From positions 938,629 to 1,002,628 of the forward strand of contig CAJINV010000004.1 in NCBI GenBank assembly GCA_905178155.1: a stretch of 64,000 bases of DNA, read 5' to 3'. This DNA comes from Amoebophrya sp. A120. Lineage: Eukaryota > Protista > Dinoflagellata. Of this stretch, positions 1 through 13,471 are shown piece by piece (position 1 is the stretch's first letter; each line of letters begins with the position of its first letter). The position numbers and the translations under genes were made by a program. Below the pieces are notes generated by a model. The model saw only the letters and a list, made by a program, of their open reading frames with translations. It was not told the origin of the DNA and ran no database searches.

Positions 1-1453
1 GTCAACCAGAGAGGTTGAGCTGCTCCGTCTGCGGCGCAAGATCGCCATCATTCACGGTAGAAAAACCTCGCAGTTTAGACGGAAGAACCACAGGTCACTT
101 TGTAAAAAGAAGTAGGCAGGCGAAGGATTTAAGTACTTATTTTCGTGAAGGACCGAAGGACGACGCAAGAAGATGCTACTCGTGCTTAGTCCAAAACCGA
201 CACTTCCGCCTGGCAAAAGTACAAGCGCCACCCGTACTACTTTTATTTCAACCGATCTCCAACTATCATGAACGTTTTACGCACGACACATCCACGTGAC
301 CACGACTCATTCAGCGCATAACAGCATTTAGATGATTCTTGGCCGAAGAACATCATGATCATGCAACATAGGTCAAGAAGATGCTGCGACGGTGACTGTA
401 ACCGCGACAGCACTCTTAGTCCGCATGGTGTCAATCAACGACACGAATGTGGTTTAAACTTTTTTTTTCTTTCCAACCAAAATCAAACATGTGCGTGCGA
501 TATTTTTTGTCTCGTAGTTCTATGAGAGGAGCAAGAGATGTTTTTCGCAGTACTAACCCATAGATATTATTATCACCCTTCTTTCCCGATTTTCCCAAAT
601 TTGTTAGCTGCTAAAAAATGACAACTGATTTTTCCGATTATTTGTGTAAAAATCTGATGACCTTATTTCAGTGGGGTATAGTGTATTCTAATTTTTTATT
701 TTAGGGTATCTATAAAATTTTCAACCAAAGTCGTCCGTCCTGCTTTCTAGTCCTCCTGAGTAGAATTTTAACCACGTTTTGCACGTGACACTACTGCGCT
801 ACAATCTTCTTACACCGGCAGGCGGACTCTACTTCCACACATAGTTGTGATTTGTTTTATGCATTGAAACCGAAACGTCCTATGTCGTATGTATATGATC
901 TTCATCCCATACCCCGTAATTTTATCAGCATGCTTGCTTCTTTCCTCTGATAGTATGTTTTCATCCCATGAAGTAGACGATTATCCGCTATGCAAATGCC
1001 GTGATTTTAACAAGTTGGATAAACGAGAAACTGAATATTGTATTTATTCAAACAAAACATGGGCAATTCAAGGTGAGTCTATCCTTCTAGAGGCTGTTGT
1101 GATGTTACAGAGAGCTGCTCACCAAAAATGGCGAACAGCTGATCTTCGCACCACCGGCTCTTGCAGAGATTCATCTCGACGGCCGCCAGCATGATCATAA
1201 CCTCCAAAAACGAAAGTAGACAACTACACCAATGCCGATTTATTTTGACGTACTGTCTTAACCACCCTATTGAATTGCCTCGATTGAGTTCTGACGGTCG
1301 CGTAGTATGGTGTGTTGGTTTCTTTTTGAAGTTAAAGTTTTCTGAAACATCATGACGAGATGATGATTGTTTGCTGCGCATGTACAACATCTTTGAACTT
1401 CTCTCGAATATCTAGAGAGCCTAATTTCGTACATCTGTCCAACTAACCGTGAT

Positions 1454-4400
1454 TTATTGGGTCCCAAAGGGCCGCATCTGCGCAGCGAAATCCACAAATC
1501 CGAGTCGGCGGGACTGGCTGCCGGCGAACCGCTGCCAGAGCAACTCGATCTCCTTGGTCCGCACGTTCCGCTGCTCCAGGATGGCTTTTTGGAAGTCCAG
1601 GAAGGAGATGTATCCCTTGTCGTCCGACATCAGGAGGAAGGCGTCCAGCAGCGCGGTATATCCTGTGCAAAAGTATCGTACTAGTAGTAATCCTAATCGC
1701 AGTCATGCATTACAAATTCTCTTCTTAAGGTAAACCCGCATCACAAATTTTATTTCCCATGCTGAGAAAATTTGTCATGCGATTCATACTAGAACGATAT
1801 TTTTGCAGTTCATACGGTAGACAGCGCGTCCACGTCCATCATGAGCATTTTCCGGAACCGCTCCGTGTCCTCGGCCGCGTCGATTGCGAACTTCAAGTAC
1901 TGCTTGATTTTGTGCTTCTGGGTCAAGGTCAACCGGAACTCCGTGTCACGGTCGTCGCCGATCAGGTTGCAGCGGAAGGGCGTGTGTCAACTGTAAAAGT
2001 GTCTGGGTCTGGTGGAAGAGTCATGCTGTTTTTGCATGACGCAGGAGGTCTGGCATGGAAGCTCTAGCATCACAGGTCTCGAGAAGCTTCCGCCATGCTG
2101 AATCCGCATGACAGATCCCCCATTTTGGTGACAGAAAGTGGGCAGTTTTTGCTACCCGTGCATGAGAGATGTTTCTGTCTTCTGAAATGCGCATCACAAG
2201 TTTGTATTCTTCCAGACCCAAACATTTTTGCAATGCATAGCGTGCGGCACACCGAGCAGGTCACGGAACTGCAACCCTCCATGGTGCGCTGAACCTGTTT
2301 TGGTAGAGTGGATGGGAAAGAATTGTGTTATTCAAAAACACTACATACTCGATCCCCCGTACAAGAAGAACTTTATTACATGCACTACTGTCTCGCTAAA
2401 TGCTAGATGGGAAAAATCTTCAAATCACGATATTAGTACCCTCGTTCCGCAGCCCGGGCAGGAAATGGTGGATCGCACCACGTACAAGACGTTGAGGGCC
2501 TCGGCGTCCTTCATCTGTTGCTCCACGTGCGCAGCCTCCTCGGACTGCTTCGGAAACAGCACGTGCGTGAGCTCCGCGAGACTCAACTGGCCCTGCTTGA
2601 GCTTGGCCGCGTCCCCCTTCTTCAAATCGCGAAACAGCTGGCACACGCCGGAAAAGGTGCAGGGCAGGTCGGACCCGTGCATCACCTGCCACACGTCCGT
2701 GTCGGCGATGTAGCCCTTCTGGTACCGGTCCAGGAACTTAAAAGCCGCTTCCAGGTTCACGCCCGCCTGCCACAGCTGTTCTTATGCAATACAAATTTGT
2801 TGTTCATCCTGCAGCCACGCGTAGAAGTACAAAATGCATATCAAAATTTTTTTCATTCGCCAGCTTAGAGAATGAGTGCTGCTTGTCATGCTGAATAGAA
2901 TTCTTGAAGGCGGTTTTCATCATAATGCAGAAACCGGAATTATATTATTTCTACGTCATGTGCGGGATGAATCATCAATTTTCCTGTGGATAGCTCCTTC
3001 TCGGACTCGATCAAATGGTCTACGTCCATCATTTTGCACATGCACTCGACCACCTTCTTCAAGTTGATCTTCTGCCGCCGCTTGGTCATCAGTTCGCCGG
3101 TCTGGAACGAGTCGGTCGCCTTCGGGGTCTGCGCGTAGATCACGGATTGCGGCTCGGGCGGCGACATGTAGGTGGACATGGACTTGGGCTTGTCCTCACC
3201 AATGTAGGAGGTGGTAAACATGTTGTTGTTCTCGTTTTCGAGCACCTGTGGGAAATTTTTGGGATTATAGGATTTTGCGAATACAAATGAAAATGTTGAG
3301 TAATAGGAACGTTTGCTACTTTTGTAATACAAGTCGTGCTAGTACGAATGATGCTTCTTGTCCGTCTTGCAAAGAAGACCTACAAAATCAAAAATCTGAA
3401 TCTCGTCAAGGGACGAGACAGCAGTAGGAATGCATTCTACCCGCGCGCTAAAAAAGTACTTCGTAAAAATCGTATCTCATCTGACATGAGAAAAACCGAA
3501 TCGCAACTACACTCCTAAATAAATCAAAATGATCTCAAGAGTAGATGATGATTTTCTCTAGTCCTACACAAGCAAGAAGGACGCATATTACCGTAGAATA
3601 TCCGCCCGCCACGTTGGTCGCGGCCGCCCGCGGGGACGTCAGGCTAGACGTGTTGCTCATAAAGGAAGTGTCGTTGCCCACATTCGTCGACATCATGGAC
3701 ATGTTGTTCGTCTTCCGCGGTGTGCGTGGCGACAGTGACGCCACGTTACGCGGAGAACCAGCTCCGGACCGCGCGCAAAAGCCGCCGGACACGTCGTTCG
3801 CGTACGGGTTCTGCTGGACAGAAATGGTCTTGATCGCGCGGGGAGACAGCAAGTCCGCGTCCTGCGCGTTCGTATTGCATTTGAACGTCGTGCGGCAGTA
3901 GTAGCAGGTGACGTTGTTGCACGCGCGAAGTATGAAAGTGCAAAAGATGTTGAACTCGTCCCCGTCGTGGTCCCATCATTTTTTAAATTTGAACGGCACA
4001 GAAGAGCAGCAACCAATCGAAAGTAGAAAGGCGGACGTGCAGAATCAGCTTCACAGGTAGTTTTTCCTGACTGTACCACTCTACTGCTATCCGATCACGC
4101 ACTCCAGATTGTACCACCAACCACACCACTTACTTCGTCAGCAGTTTCTCTTGCAAGGAGCTATAAGCAGTGTAGAGCTGCAAAAGCAGAGCAACATGCT
4201 GACTGAATTTGAATTACGTTTAGATTGGTGTTCAAAAATTTAAATTTTCCGCATACAAAAATAATGACGGGCGGAACCACCTAGGGAGACGAGTTGTTCT
4301 ACTCCCCTCGCATACCGCCCTCGCGCTGCACCATGGCGCCGCAGCCGGGGCACATGGTGGAGAAGTTGCGGACGTAGAGCTCGTTGAGGTACGCGTTGGC

Positions 4401-5974
4401 CTCCTTGGACTGCAGAAACTTGTCAAATTCGGCGAAGGAGAGAATGTATCCTGTGCAAAAGTATCGCACTCGTATTGCATTCATGCATTACAAATCTTCA
4501 TCTTAAGGCAAATCCGCATTACAAATTTTATCTCGCATGCTGGGGAAATTTGTAATGCATTTATACGAGTACGATACTTTTGCAGTTCATAGCATGTCGG
4601 TACCAGAGAGGTTGACGCGGTGAAACAGCTGCTCGACCTGGTTGATGGACAGCAGCTCTTTCACGTCGCACAGCAGGCGGCACACGGCCAGCACCGACAC
4701 ATGCGTCACCCCCGGGGCGGAAGACATGGACTGCAGCCAGGTGAAAGCGCGCTGAGCAATGTGTTCACGGTCCTCACGCCATTCGTACCTGTGGTGCGGA
4801 GTCAAAAGGAAAATTTGAATCCCTTGTTTGTGTTGGTGGACGAACCAAAAATTATAAAGGCCTGCCTTGCCAACGTGGCTGTCTTTTTCTTTTCTGCTCA
4901 AACAAATGTGGCCAGAACAACATAAAGATACGCTCTTTCTGATCTTACTAAATGACTGTCTCGACGTAGTGCAATGTGTGAAGCCATCCACCTAGGTAAA
5001 CATAATAAAACGTATTTTCGAAGAAATCGAAGTACTCTAACAAGCGCTTGCGGCGCAGCGTGAGCTCCTCGTAGAGGGCACATTCCTGCTCCAACAGCCG
5101 GATGAAGTGGTAGCCTCCGTCCCGCCCCATCTCGCGCTCCAACATGGAGCTGGAGCGGCGGCACATGACCAGGGACCGGACCCGCTTGTCCTCCCGGGGC
5201 AGGACGAGTTTCAAAAAACCTTCGTAGCGCAGCACCCCCTCGCCCATGGAGTAGTGGTCGATCAGGTTCTGCAGGTCGCGCTCGCGTATGAACTGCAAAA
5301 GTATCGCACTCGTAATGCAATACAAATTACAGCATGCAAAATGGAATCTGTGTGTAATGCTGCTTTAGCTTGAGCAGGAAGTTTGTGTTGCATGACTGCG
5401 ATTAGTACGAGGAGTGCGATGCTTTTGCAATGCATATCGCGCAGCAACGAGGTCTTGTAGTACTGCCGGGTCAGCCACACGGTGATGTCCTTCGCGGTCA
5501 GAACGCCGGAGGTCATAGGCTTCAGCTGCAACGTATGCATTTTTGCAAATACCATGTCTTGGTCGAGTCTGGTTCACTTCCTGTGTGGCGCAAGATTTAT
5601 TTTAGAAGGACACCAAGATCTCCTGTGAAGATGCATGGAACTACTGAAGGGTCGTGGCGAGTCTTTTCTCCTGTACTTCTAACGGAGCCCTTCATATTAG
5701 CTCGGCAATTATACAAAGAACTTATCATGCTCTCGACCTGTTGGCATACCTAAAAAAGCAAATAAACCAACAATTATCGTCTGCGTCATTCTTCCACCAG
5801 ATTCAATGACATGCACAACATGATTTGCAGTTGATACAGAGCCTTGAAGGCCGTGTAGGGCTCGAACTCAGGGTCCTCGCACATGCGGGCGCGAATGAAA
5901 TCGCACTCAGCCTCCCCATCGGCGGCGACCTTCAGCAAGCCGCTGATGATCACTTCTTCACGCGCGTCCAACAT
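1454..5974 (-). CDS. Multi-exon EF-hand-like protein with two IBR/RING2-like Cys-rich Zn fingers
   Basis: ATG at 5974 (MLDAREEVII..EFEPYTAFKAL) and TAA at 1454. Removing the introners and GT-AG introns joins the ORF pieces in frame; junctions near 4790-5035 are less certain. EF-hand-like loops: FLDRYQKGYIADTD, LMSDDKGYISFLDF, SGTDMLSFAEF. Zn fingers: CPGCGAMVQREGGACNNVTCYYCRTTFKC and CPGCGTRVQRTMEGCSSVTCSVCRTPFRC. Confidence 0.75.
1659..1814. mobile_element. Introner family A (non-canonical intron)
   Basis: TATCCTGTGCAAAAGTATCG...CGATATTTTTGCAGTTCATA; perfect DR CGGTA (1654-1658, 1815-1819); removal gives DALSTALLDAF. Confidence 0.92.
1985..2239. mobile_element. Introner family B
   Basis: TIR core TGTCTGGGTCTGG / CCAGACCCAAACA; perfect DR GCGTG; removal gives CSVCRTPFRC. 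Confidence 0.92.
2295..2439 (-). other. Canonical GT-AG intron
   Basis: GTACTAAT...AAACAG on the minus strand; joins CPGCGTR to VQRTMEGC in frame. Confidence 0.8.
2783..2992. mobile_element. Degenerate introner
   Basis: TATGCAATACAAATTTG...AATTTTCCTGTGGATA; DR GTTCT/GCTCC; removal gives ESEKEQLWQAGVNL. Confidence 0.75.
3246..3591 (-). other. Canonical GT-AG intron
   Basis: GTAATATG...CCCACAG; joins GGYST to VLENEN in frame. Confidence 0.65.
3931..4314. mobile_element. Strongly eroded introner (tentative)
   Basis: Starts TATGAAAGTGCAAAAG and ends CATA; DR not recognisable, but removal plus 5 nt restores the Zn-finger spacing QREGGAC. Confidence 0.5.
4447..4591. mobile_element. Introner family A
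   Basis: TATCCTGTGCAAAAGTATCG...CGATACTTTTGCAGTTCATA; DR GAATG/GCATG; frame restored. Confidence 0.92.
5287..5436. mobile_element. Introner family A
   Basis: TATGAACTGCAAAAGTATCG...CGATGCTTTTGCAATGCATA; perfect DR TCGCG; removal gives SLLRERDLQN. Confidence 0.92.
5534..5836. mobile_element. Degenerate introner
   Basis: TATGCATTTTTGCAAATACC...GATTTGCAGTTGATA; DR CAACG/CAGAG; removal gives FKALQLKPM. Confidence 0.75.
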
Positions 5975-7316
5975 TTTTTGTCTTGTACTATTGCGGGGTG
6001 CGCAAAGTTTAGTTAAACGTTGACGTAGATGGAAGAGAAAGAGGTAGTTTTTTTCAATTTGTACACGTTCTTATTTCTTGTTGCGAAACTTTTACTCTTG
6101 CGACTTGTTCTTCGTCAAACTTTAGAAGTAGAGAGCTAGACCCGCTTCTGGGGCTTCAACTTCTATTCTACTCCTCAAACGAGAGCAGAGTGGCTACGGT
6201 TTTTGGGATTTCGAAAAATTGAAACGGTGAGCGATAGAAAAGAAATTCCAGCACGATGTTCGCTTCCCAGAAAAAAAAAACCGCCTATTACTATTTCCTC
6301 GCTCACAGAAACAAAAAACAAAACAGACTTAAACTACGAAGGCGTGTGACCCGCCTATACGTAACTCATCCTTGTGACAAAATTGCAGCGGCACATAAAA
6401 AAAAACTCGAAGTGCAACGCGCTCCGTCAACTGTTGACACTCAGGTCGGAAAAAAAACCTTTCGGAAAATTAAAGCCTCTCTCATCTTCGTGTGCATAGG
6501 TATAATTCCAGAAAGCAAGGTGGATTTCATATCGGTTGAAAAAAAAAATGCGCTCAACAAAAAAAAGCTCTTTCGGAGGGTATCCGCATAGAACAATTGA
6601 TACTTAGGTGAGCGTCAATATTGCCCCCTGGCGGGGAGCAGGACCGGCTGAGCGAAAGCCTGAGAGTTTTTTTGGATGAAAAATAATTCGGTTTTTCATT
6701 TTCCCGAAGGCAAGAAGATTTTTTTTTTTTGGAAAAAGTCCAATCCGATGTCCGTTTGGTGTGCACGAAACAAAGTATTTTGTGTACGAAAATCGAAACC
6801 GAGAGCTTCTTGGAACGAGGTCGGTGCACAACCGAAGTTCAAGTTTAGCCTTGTATGAAGCCGAACGACTTGAAATAATTGTGTACTGTTGTACGAACCG
6901 AAGGTACCAGGAGGTTAAGGCATGATTTAGGCTTCACTATTGAAGACCGAGAAAGTAATCGTGGTCAGTTCGCAAAAGTAAAAGTAGCCATCGTGTACGT
7001 AGTTGTTTTTTGAAGTGGAGATCGTTGTAACCGAAAGCCAAAGACTCGCACAGTATCATTTGAAATCACATATCGAGCTAGCAACTTGTTTTTTCGCCTA
7101 CGGCTTCACACTGCCATACACTACTGGCTCGCATGAATAAGAATATGCTGCATATTCGCATTAGTCTTGCGCGAATGTGAATGTCGAATCATGATAAGAG
7201 ACGACACAACGATCGTTCTCCGACTGTTGAGAGTCGTCATGGTACTTCGGTTGTATCAAATGATCTTGATGCTCTTCTTTGCCTACTTTCAAAACTGTCG
7301 CGTCCTCTTCCCTTCA

Positions 7317-10300
7317 TCACAGTTCATCCTGTGTCCTTGTCATACGCGCATTCGGCGCCAGGTTTATTGCAGGTTCTTTCATTCTATCCACATCAACAAT
7401 CGCAGAGCCTCGCCTCAGTGACGTGCTTCTTGCTGGAATCCGCACACGAAATTCGCGCTCGCCGAATCCGCTGATCTTTAGCAAAAAGCGACGAGCTGTA
7501 TTCCTACCATAACCAGCCTCTTCGTTTCTCCTGGTCGCGTTATTTGCTGCGTGTGCTTCCTTTTCAACACGACCACCCTGCTGCTGTGGTACTTCTCGCG
7601 TCCTAATCCTATCGCTATCGTCGTCTTCCAAAAGCAACGGCAGGGGAATTTCCACCAAATGCGTAAAAAACACCCGGCCTGAATCGATCGGCTTCCTTCC
7701 TTCATCCAGGAACGCCCAGCCGTAACTCGTCGGGTGGATTCTTGGAATTGTTAGAACCTGCTGCTTCGTGCTGTTTCGCGTTGTGGCTGGAAGATCTCCG
7801 GGTCCTCCTCGTCGTGGAGAAGATGTGGTGCTACTACTCGTTTCTTTATCCGCCGCGTTCTCTAGCATCCGTAGCACTTCAATTTTGTACTTGCTTGGCA
7901 ACGGTGCGCCCGTGGTTGCGACGGGCGTGCCGGCCGACGGCGCCGAGGGGTGCTCGCGAAAAAGGTTCACCCAACTCAACTTGAGGAAGACTTTGCGGTC
8001 CGCATCCTCGGCGGGTGGCGCGCTGCTGGCCAATGATGTTTGTTGGTGAGAAGAGTGGACTCCATCTGTTGGTGACAGCAGACTTCTTTGTCGCTCCTGC
8101 ATCAAGAACTCCTCCTCTCCGTAGTTCCACGGAACGTCCCAAATGCGAACCGGATTGTGAATGTGATGGTGATCATTCGCATTTGATGAATCGCGTTTCT
8201 TGTTTCTCTTCTTCTTTTTCTTCTTTCCCGTCCTGCTCTTGTCGTCATCCCACTCGTCTGGCGCCGCTGTAAGCTTCACGAAGCCCGGAAAGGCCGGCGA
8301 ACTTGCGGGAGGGTCGATTGTATTCGTTACCAACATTGCATGTGCATTATCGCCATTTGGATTTGCGTTTAGTCCGCCATCGGTTCCTTGTTCATCTTGC
8401 AAAAATATCTTCACTTCCGCCAAGGGTGGGTTGCAACAGTTATTTAGCTCAGGAGGTTCTTCTACTGGTCGGGGTGAACCAGCTTGCTGACTCTGTCCCC
8501 GTCGCTCACTTCGAGTACTTGTTTCCTCCTCAGAGTGGACGCGCTCTCGTTGCCGCGTGGCCCGGTCCCCCTCTGAAGATGTCGCAATCGAAGCTCCTGT
8601 TCTCCTCTCAACATCGTCAAGATCCTCTCGATTATCGTCGAAAAGAGCAGCAGCAGCTGCTATCTCCTCGTCATACTTCGTCCCACTCCGCCCTGCAAGC
8701 CGCTCGAAAAACACGTGACTCTGGATTTCCGGGCTCTGCAGCTTCCGCGCGAAAAAGTTCTCCTCGTTGTTAAAATAGTTTTTCCAAATGATGTCGTTCA
8801 CATATTTTTCGGAGGTTGATTTTTTCTTCTTCTTTTTCATCTTCCCTGGCTTGACCTTACTTGGCGAGGCCGTCGCGTTCTCGAAGGATGTCAATGTTGT
8901 GTAGCTGCTCTTCCTCTTGGCAGAAGCAGTTGTTCCCAACCCGCTGTTCTTGGCGGAGCAGGTCCTCTCGGCTTCGCTACCAGCAGCCATTGTAGAAGTA
9001 CTTTGTGCATCATCAGCCGTATGATCTGTAAGATCATCTTTTTTACCCCCTTCTAGTACCGTCGCGCCATCATCTAGCTCGTGTTCTTCATCTGGTCGTA
9101 ATGCGCCCAAGAGAATGTCATCCAACATCTGTGGAGAATTGGTCCCAATTGCGTCCAACTCCCCGTGGTACCGAGTGGATTTGTAGTTGCTGTTACTGGC
9201 CATGTATGAATTTATGGAAATTTCATGTCTGCGTCCTCGTCCTCTGGAACTCCAGTGCGAAATTTTGGTGCGCAGAAATCAAGTTGCACATAGAAAAATC
9301 TGTCTTGCCATGTGAGCACAGATGAAGTTGTAGCTGCAGACCACTTGCGAGGTATTGCAAAATCTACATCCCAAAAAATGGCTACGCAGCCTTCCAGGAT
9401 AGACGAGATGAACCAGAAAGACAGTTTTTGCATTGGATACCATCACCACACCGTTGATGTGCAGGTTGGCGTTCACCATCTTGTCGCAGTGGTTAGGCGA
9501 GTGCCGGGATCCTCTGCAAAAGTATCAGCACTCGCACAGGTCGTAGTTGCCTTTATGCAGGACAAAACACCTCTCCCTAGCCTGAATCTGTACGACAGAA
9601 TTATAATTTCCTTTCAAATAAATGCAATCTCGCCTTCTAGTACGATATTACAACTTTTGCAATGCGTAGCCGCAACGCCTGCACCCAGTAGGCCTCGTCT
9701 GATTGGTATTGGGCGAGAGCGTCCCGAATCAGGAAGATTGCGGTCTGGCGTTGCTGGAGCGTGGGGAGGTAGTGATAGGAAGTAGAAGTCGTCCTTCGGG
9801 TGTAAAAATTTCTTTTTCTACTTCTAGAGGAGGCAGCGCCTCCTGCTCCCGCGCCAGAAGGAGACTCCTCGTCTTGTCCGATGTCCACATCTTCAAACAT
9901 GCGATCTACGCGTTGCAGACGAGCTGTCGCTCTCTGTACTTCTAGCTGGAGTTCGTCTTTTTCTGCCTGCGGCGGTACTGCATTATGACCAGCATCATGT
10001 CCTTGTGCGCTGCCTCTAGTTGTAACACTTGTTCCAGCATGAAAGACGTCTTCGAACCCGTTGTCTCGTCTTTTCCACTCCACATTTTCCTCGAACGTCG
10101 GGAACAGGACAAACTTGTTTGCTATGCAATACAAATTTACCCGCCCTACACCTAAGTACAATTCCAAATGCCGACACTGCTGCAATATGACAGAATTTTT
10201 TGCGCATCAACGAGCAGGATCATACTCAGATTGACAAGGTCCATTCGTGGCACCAGATTTTACTAAGTAGTTCTTCTTCATCTTGGCATCGCAGTTTGTG

Positions 10301-12857
10301 ATGCATTTTGAAGAACGTGTACTCCGGTCGAACGAGTGCATTTGCATCGCATATCCGTGCCGCTCGTCGTGCTGCTGACCCAGTACTCTTCGGTTGCAGG
10401 CAAAAGTTTGATGCCGGGGGGAAGATTAACGTCGTTGAAATCTTGATGAAGATTTCGAGGAAGAGTGGAGGCGGCTTTCGTCGATGTCGACGCAGCTTCT
10501 GCCTCACGACCAGCGGAGGTCCTTGCTTGTTCCGGTTTTTTACCGGTTGCAGTGTCAACATCTGCGTCTTGTTCCCCGGCGGCTCTCTTTTCTTCGACAT
10601 CCTCGCTCTCCAGTACTTCCTCGTTCAACACGAGCACCTCTGCCACCTCCCGCACAAAACTGCTGCTCCACACACCCCACTCCGGCCCGCGCGCGGATTT
10701 TTGCCGAAACCGCAGCGGCTTGTGCATCTGGAGCTTGCCGTGGAGCGAGTTGAAGGTCAAAGATTCGTCCACGCAGGAGAACCCGAGCGGCCGGGCGCAG
10801 TGCGCCTTCCAACACGCATCCATGGCGATCAGGTTGTAGCCTTTGAGCGGCCGTAGAAAGGACTCGATGTTTTTCCGCAACACCGCATGGGTCTCGCTGA
10901 TGTGGATCCAAAAGTCGAAGTCGACGTCTGATGTGCGAGCCGCAACATGAGGGCTATCAACGGTAAAAAGCGGACCGGACCCCGAACGCCCTGCAGCGTC
11001 GTTTGATGATATGGTAACCTTGGGTGAGTTTTTCTTGTCTGAAGATGCAGCTCGGGCAGCTCCCGCCGTTGTTGAAAACCAGGCCGCAGCGAAGGCCATC
11101 CCGTAGAGTTTCGTTTTCAAGAGGCTCTGTCCGCCCTTGGTGATCCGGAACTGCCGGGGCAAAACAACGATGCTATTTGTCGTCGGTAGAAATTCGTTTC
11201 CGTTGACCCTGGCAGCGAATTCTGACACTTGGGCTATTTGCTCTGCAGTCATCTTTGCGTCCAGGTGAACCAGAAGGGTGTGTTGATGTCGTTGGGTTTT
11301 TGCAGTTGATGTTGTGCTTCGGCTTTTGATGTTCGCTCTACCTTTGTTCCCTGTGGCAGCTCGAAGCACGACTTCCGTTGGCATTCCGTACATCAGGGGT
11401 CCATAGAGATTTTTCAGAGCGGCTGGGTTTTCGTTCAAAGTGAGAAAATAGAATATGGAAGTAAGTAAGTAGCGTCAGGTTGGGAATTGGCCAAGGGGAA
11501 ATGTATGACTTTTCACAAGTCAAACCGATACAACTCAACCTCCAGTCGAGGACGAGTCGGGGTCCCCAATGATTTTATATTTCTTTCCAAGCGGCGCCTG
11601 AATGATTTTCGAGACGCGGAGAAGTCGATCTGTCGCACCCACTGTATGTCGAGAAAAAGTGAGGGCTTTTGTTAATGACTCTTCAGTCCACTCCAACAAT
11701 GGTGCAACGCAGACGCTTCGGCTTAAGGAGCCTTGCATGTTGCATTTCATGCACACACTCCTGCATCTTCTCAACTTTTCAAATTTCCAACCTGAAGACA
11801 CTCCCATAGAAACGATGCGCACGTCGTCGTTTGTCGACGTCAGTCGCCTGCCGCTGCTTTCCCGTGGAGGACCTTCACCTTGACCAGCAGTGGCTGATGA
11901 AACAAGTTCATCTGTTTTGCTGTTTCCCCCAAGAGCTGCGGGGCTCTTGCAGTGCGCGGGTACGGAAATTTCGGGGAAACATTCGAAAAAATCCAAGTTC
12001 AGCGTGTTGTCCCGGAGATGGGCGCACTTCGGATAAGACGCAGCTTCTTCGTAGAGTTCCGTGCAGTAGAAATTCAACAGTTTCTCCACACAGTAGGAAT
12101 CGAGGTTTATCGTGCTGGCCGTCGTGGTATAATTTTGACTCGAACTTGTTGTGGCCAATGGACCTCCACCGAAGGCACCACGATCAACATCTAGATAGGT
12201 TACCTTCTTCCTGGCGAAGTGTGCGAGTTCCGCTTTCAGATCTTTCCGTGCTGCTTTGCGGCACTGTTTCTGGTCTATACCAAGTGTCGAAGCGCTCTTT
12301 TTAATCTTACCAGGATTGTAGCTTTTCTTATTCTTCCTCTTCGTCTTCGCAATATCATCTTGCTCCGCCCTTCTGGTTTTAAAATCGTCGGCCGTCTTCT
12401 CTGTCATCAGCAGTTTTGCTAGCTGCGTTTCCAGGCTGCTCACGGTCGGAGGCGGACGGCGCTTTGGCGTGTTGGTGTGCGGTGGCTCGCCGCCAGCAGG
12501 GCCTGCGACGGCGACGGCGGCTGTGGGATCGTTTTGTTTTTGTTCCGCATTTTTCGAATCGGAATTGTCGCTGCTGACTTGTACCACTCTGGGGGCGCCA
12601 GGAGGTGCGTGACGTTTGATGTGATGGTCTGCTGAAGCCTTAGGTTGATGCTTCCTTGCGGCAGCTGCCCCCGCTGCGGAGGGCCTTGTTTTTCGTGGCT
12701 GAGCGTGACCGCCGCCCACGGAAGACACAACGCTTCTCGAAAAAAGCAACGCAATGGTAACCAGCACGAAAGCGAAACTTCGGGCTGCAAGGCGGATCGT
12801 GCAAGTCGCAGGACCAGCTCCTGAAGAACACCAAGGGAAGCAAGAGTAGTTCTCCAT
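7317..12857 (-). CDS. Large hypothetical protein with N-terminal hydrophobic anchor and low-complexity regions
   Basis: ORFs 11535-12857, 10278-11438, 9637-10185, 9279-9479 and 7317-9203 join in frame after removing one GT-AG intron and three introners. N-terminal segment FAFVLVTIALLFS. Confidence 0.65.
9205..9439. mobile_element. Degenerate introner
   Basis: TATGAAT...TTTTTGCATTGGATA; DR CCATG/CCATC; removal gives NGVVMASNS. Confidence 0.78.
9508..9668. mobile_element. Introner family A (eroded)
   Basis: GATCCTCTGCAAAAGTATC...CTTTTGCAATGCGTA; DR GCCGG/GCCGC; removal gives VQALRHSPNH. Confidence 0.8.
10123..10353. mobile_element. Degenerate introner
   Basis: TATGCAATACAAAT...ATTTGCATCGCATA; eroded DR TTTGC/TCCGT; frame restored (SGTDKFVLFP). 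Confidence 0.65.
11423..11539 (-). other. Canonical GT-AG intron
   Basis: GTTGAG...ACCCAG; joins SSSTG to AALKNLYG in frame. Confidence 0.55.
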
Positions 12858-13329
12858 TTTGTCGATTTATTCACTAGAACTTGTGCTTGAACTTGAGCTC
12901 TCCCTCTCTCAAAAACAGAAAACTTCAGCACATAATTGGCAATAATATGAAGATCGCGCCCGGAGGGCGATATTGGTAACCAAATGCGTGCGCGAAAATC
13001 TAACCAGCGCGAAAGCCAAACCAGCCGCGCGGCGAAAGCGCGGCCCTGCGGGCCGCGCTTTCGCCGCGCGGCTGCCACCACCATTTATTTTAATTAGAAT
13101 CCCACTTCTTCTTGAAGAGTACCGCGGAGGCCCACTGTTGCCCGCACTCTGGAGCAGCTTCGGACGCACCTTATCAACACGTAGACTAGGGTCCACATGT
13201 GTCGCTTCCAGAACATGGCCGCGGCCGGGTGGGATGTCAGTCGACGCTGCTAGTTTTAGTGCGCATAGGTTGAAAGTAAGCATCGCCATCTATCGCGGGT
13301 CATCGGGGGCTTCCGGATTCACATTCAAA

Positions 13330-13445
13330 GCTTATCGCAGGAGCCTGCGGGCCGCCGCGGGCTCCACCACTTCCCCGCGGCCCTAATTAAAGGGCCGCGG
13401 ACAACTACTGTCGCCCGCGGCGGCCCGCAGGCTCCTGCGATAAGC
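13330..13445. repeat. Long inverted repeat with nested hairpin
   Basis: 33-bp perfect arms 13330-13362 and 13413-13445 enclosing CCGCGGCCCT-AATTAA-AGGGCCGCGG. Confidence 0.9.
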
Positions 13446-13471
13446 ATTGAAGGCGAAATCCGGTCTGCTAT

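Noticed and set aside
6183-6200. Possible relict dinoflagellate spliced leader (ACCGTAGCCACTCTGCTC, minus strand) upstream of the gene at 5974
   Set aside because: Only 10 contiguous matches. Similar partial matches occur inside introners (about 9372-9387 and 46627), so chance cannot be excluded.
6620-6670. GC-rich stretch resembling a small structured RNA
   Set aside because: No tRNA, snRNA or SRP consensus could be matched by eye.
11780-12000. Weak resemblance of IVSMGVSSGWKFE to a methyltransferase motif
   Set aside because: Single short motif with no supporting downstream motifs; needs a profile search.
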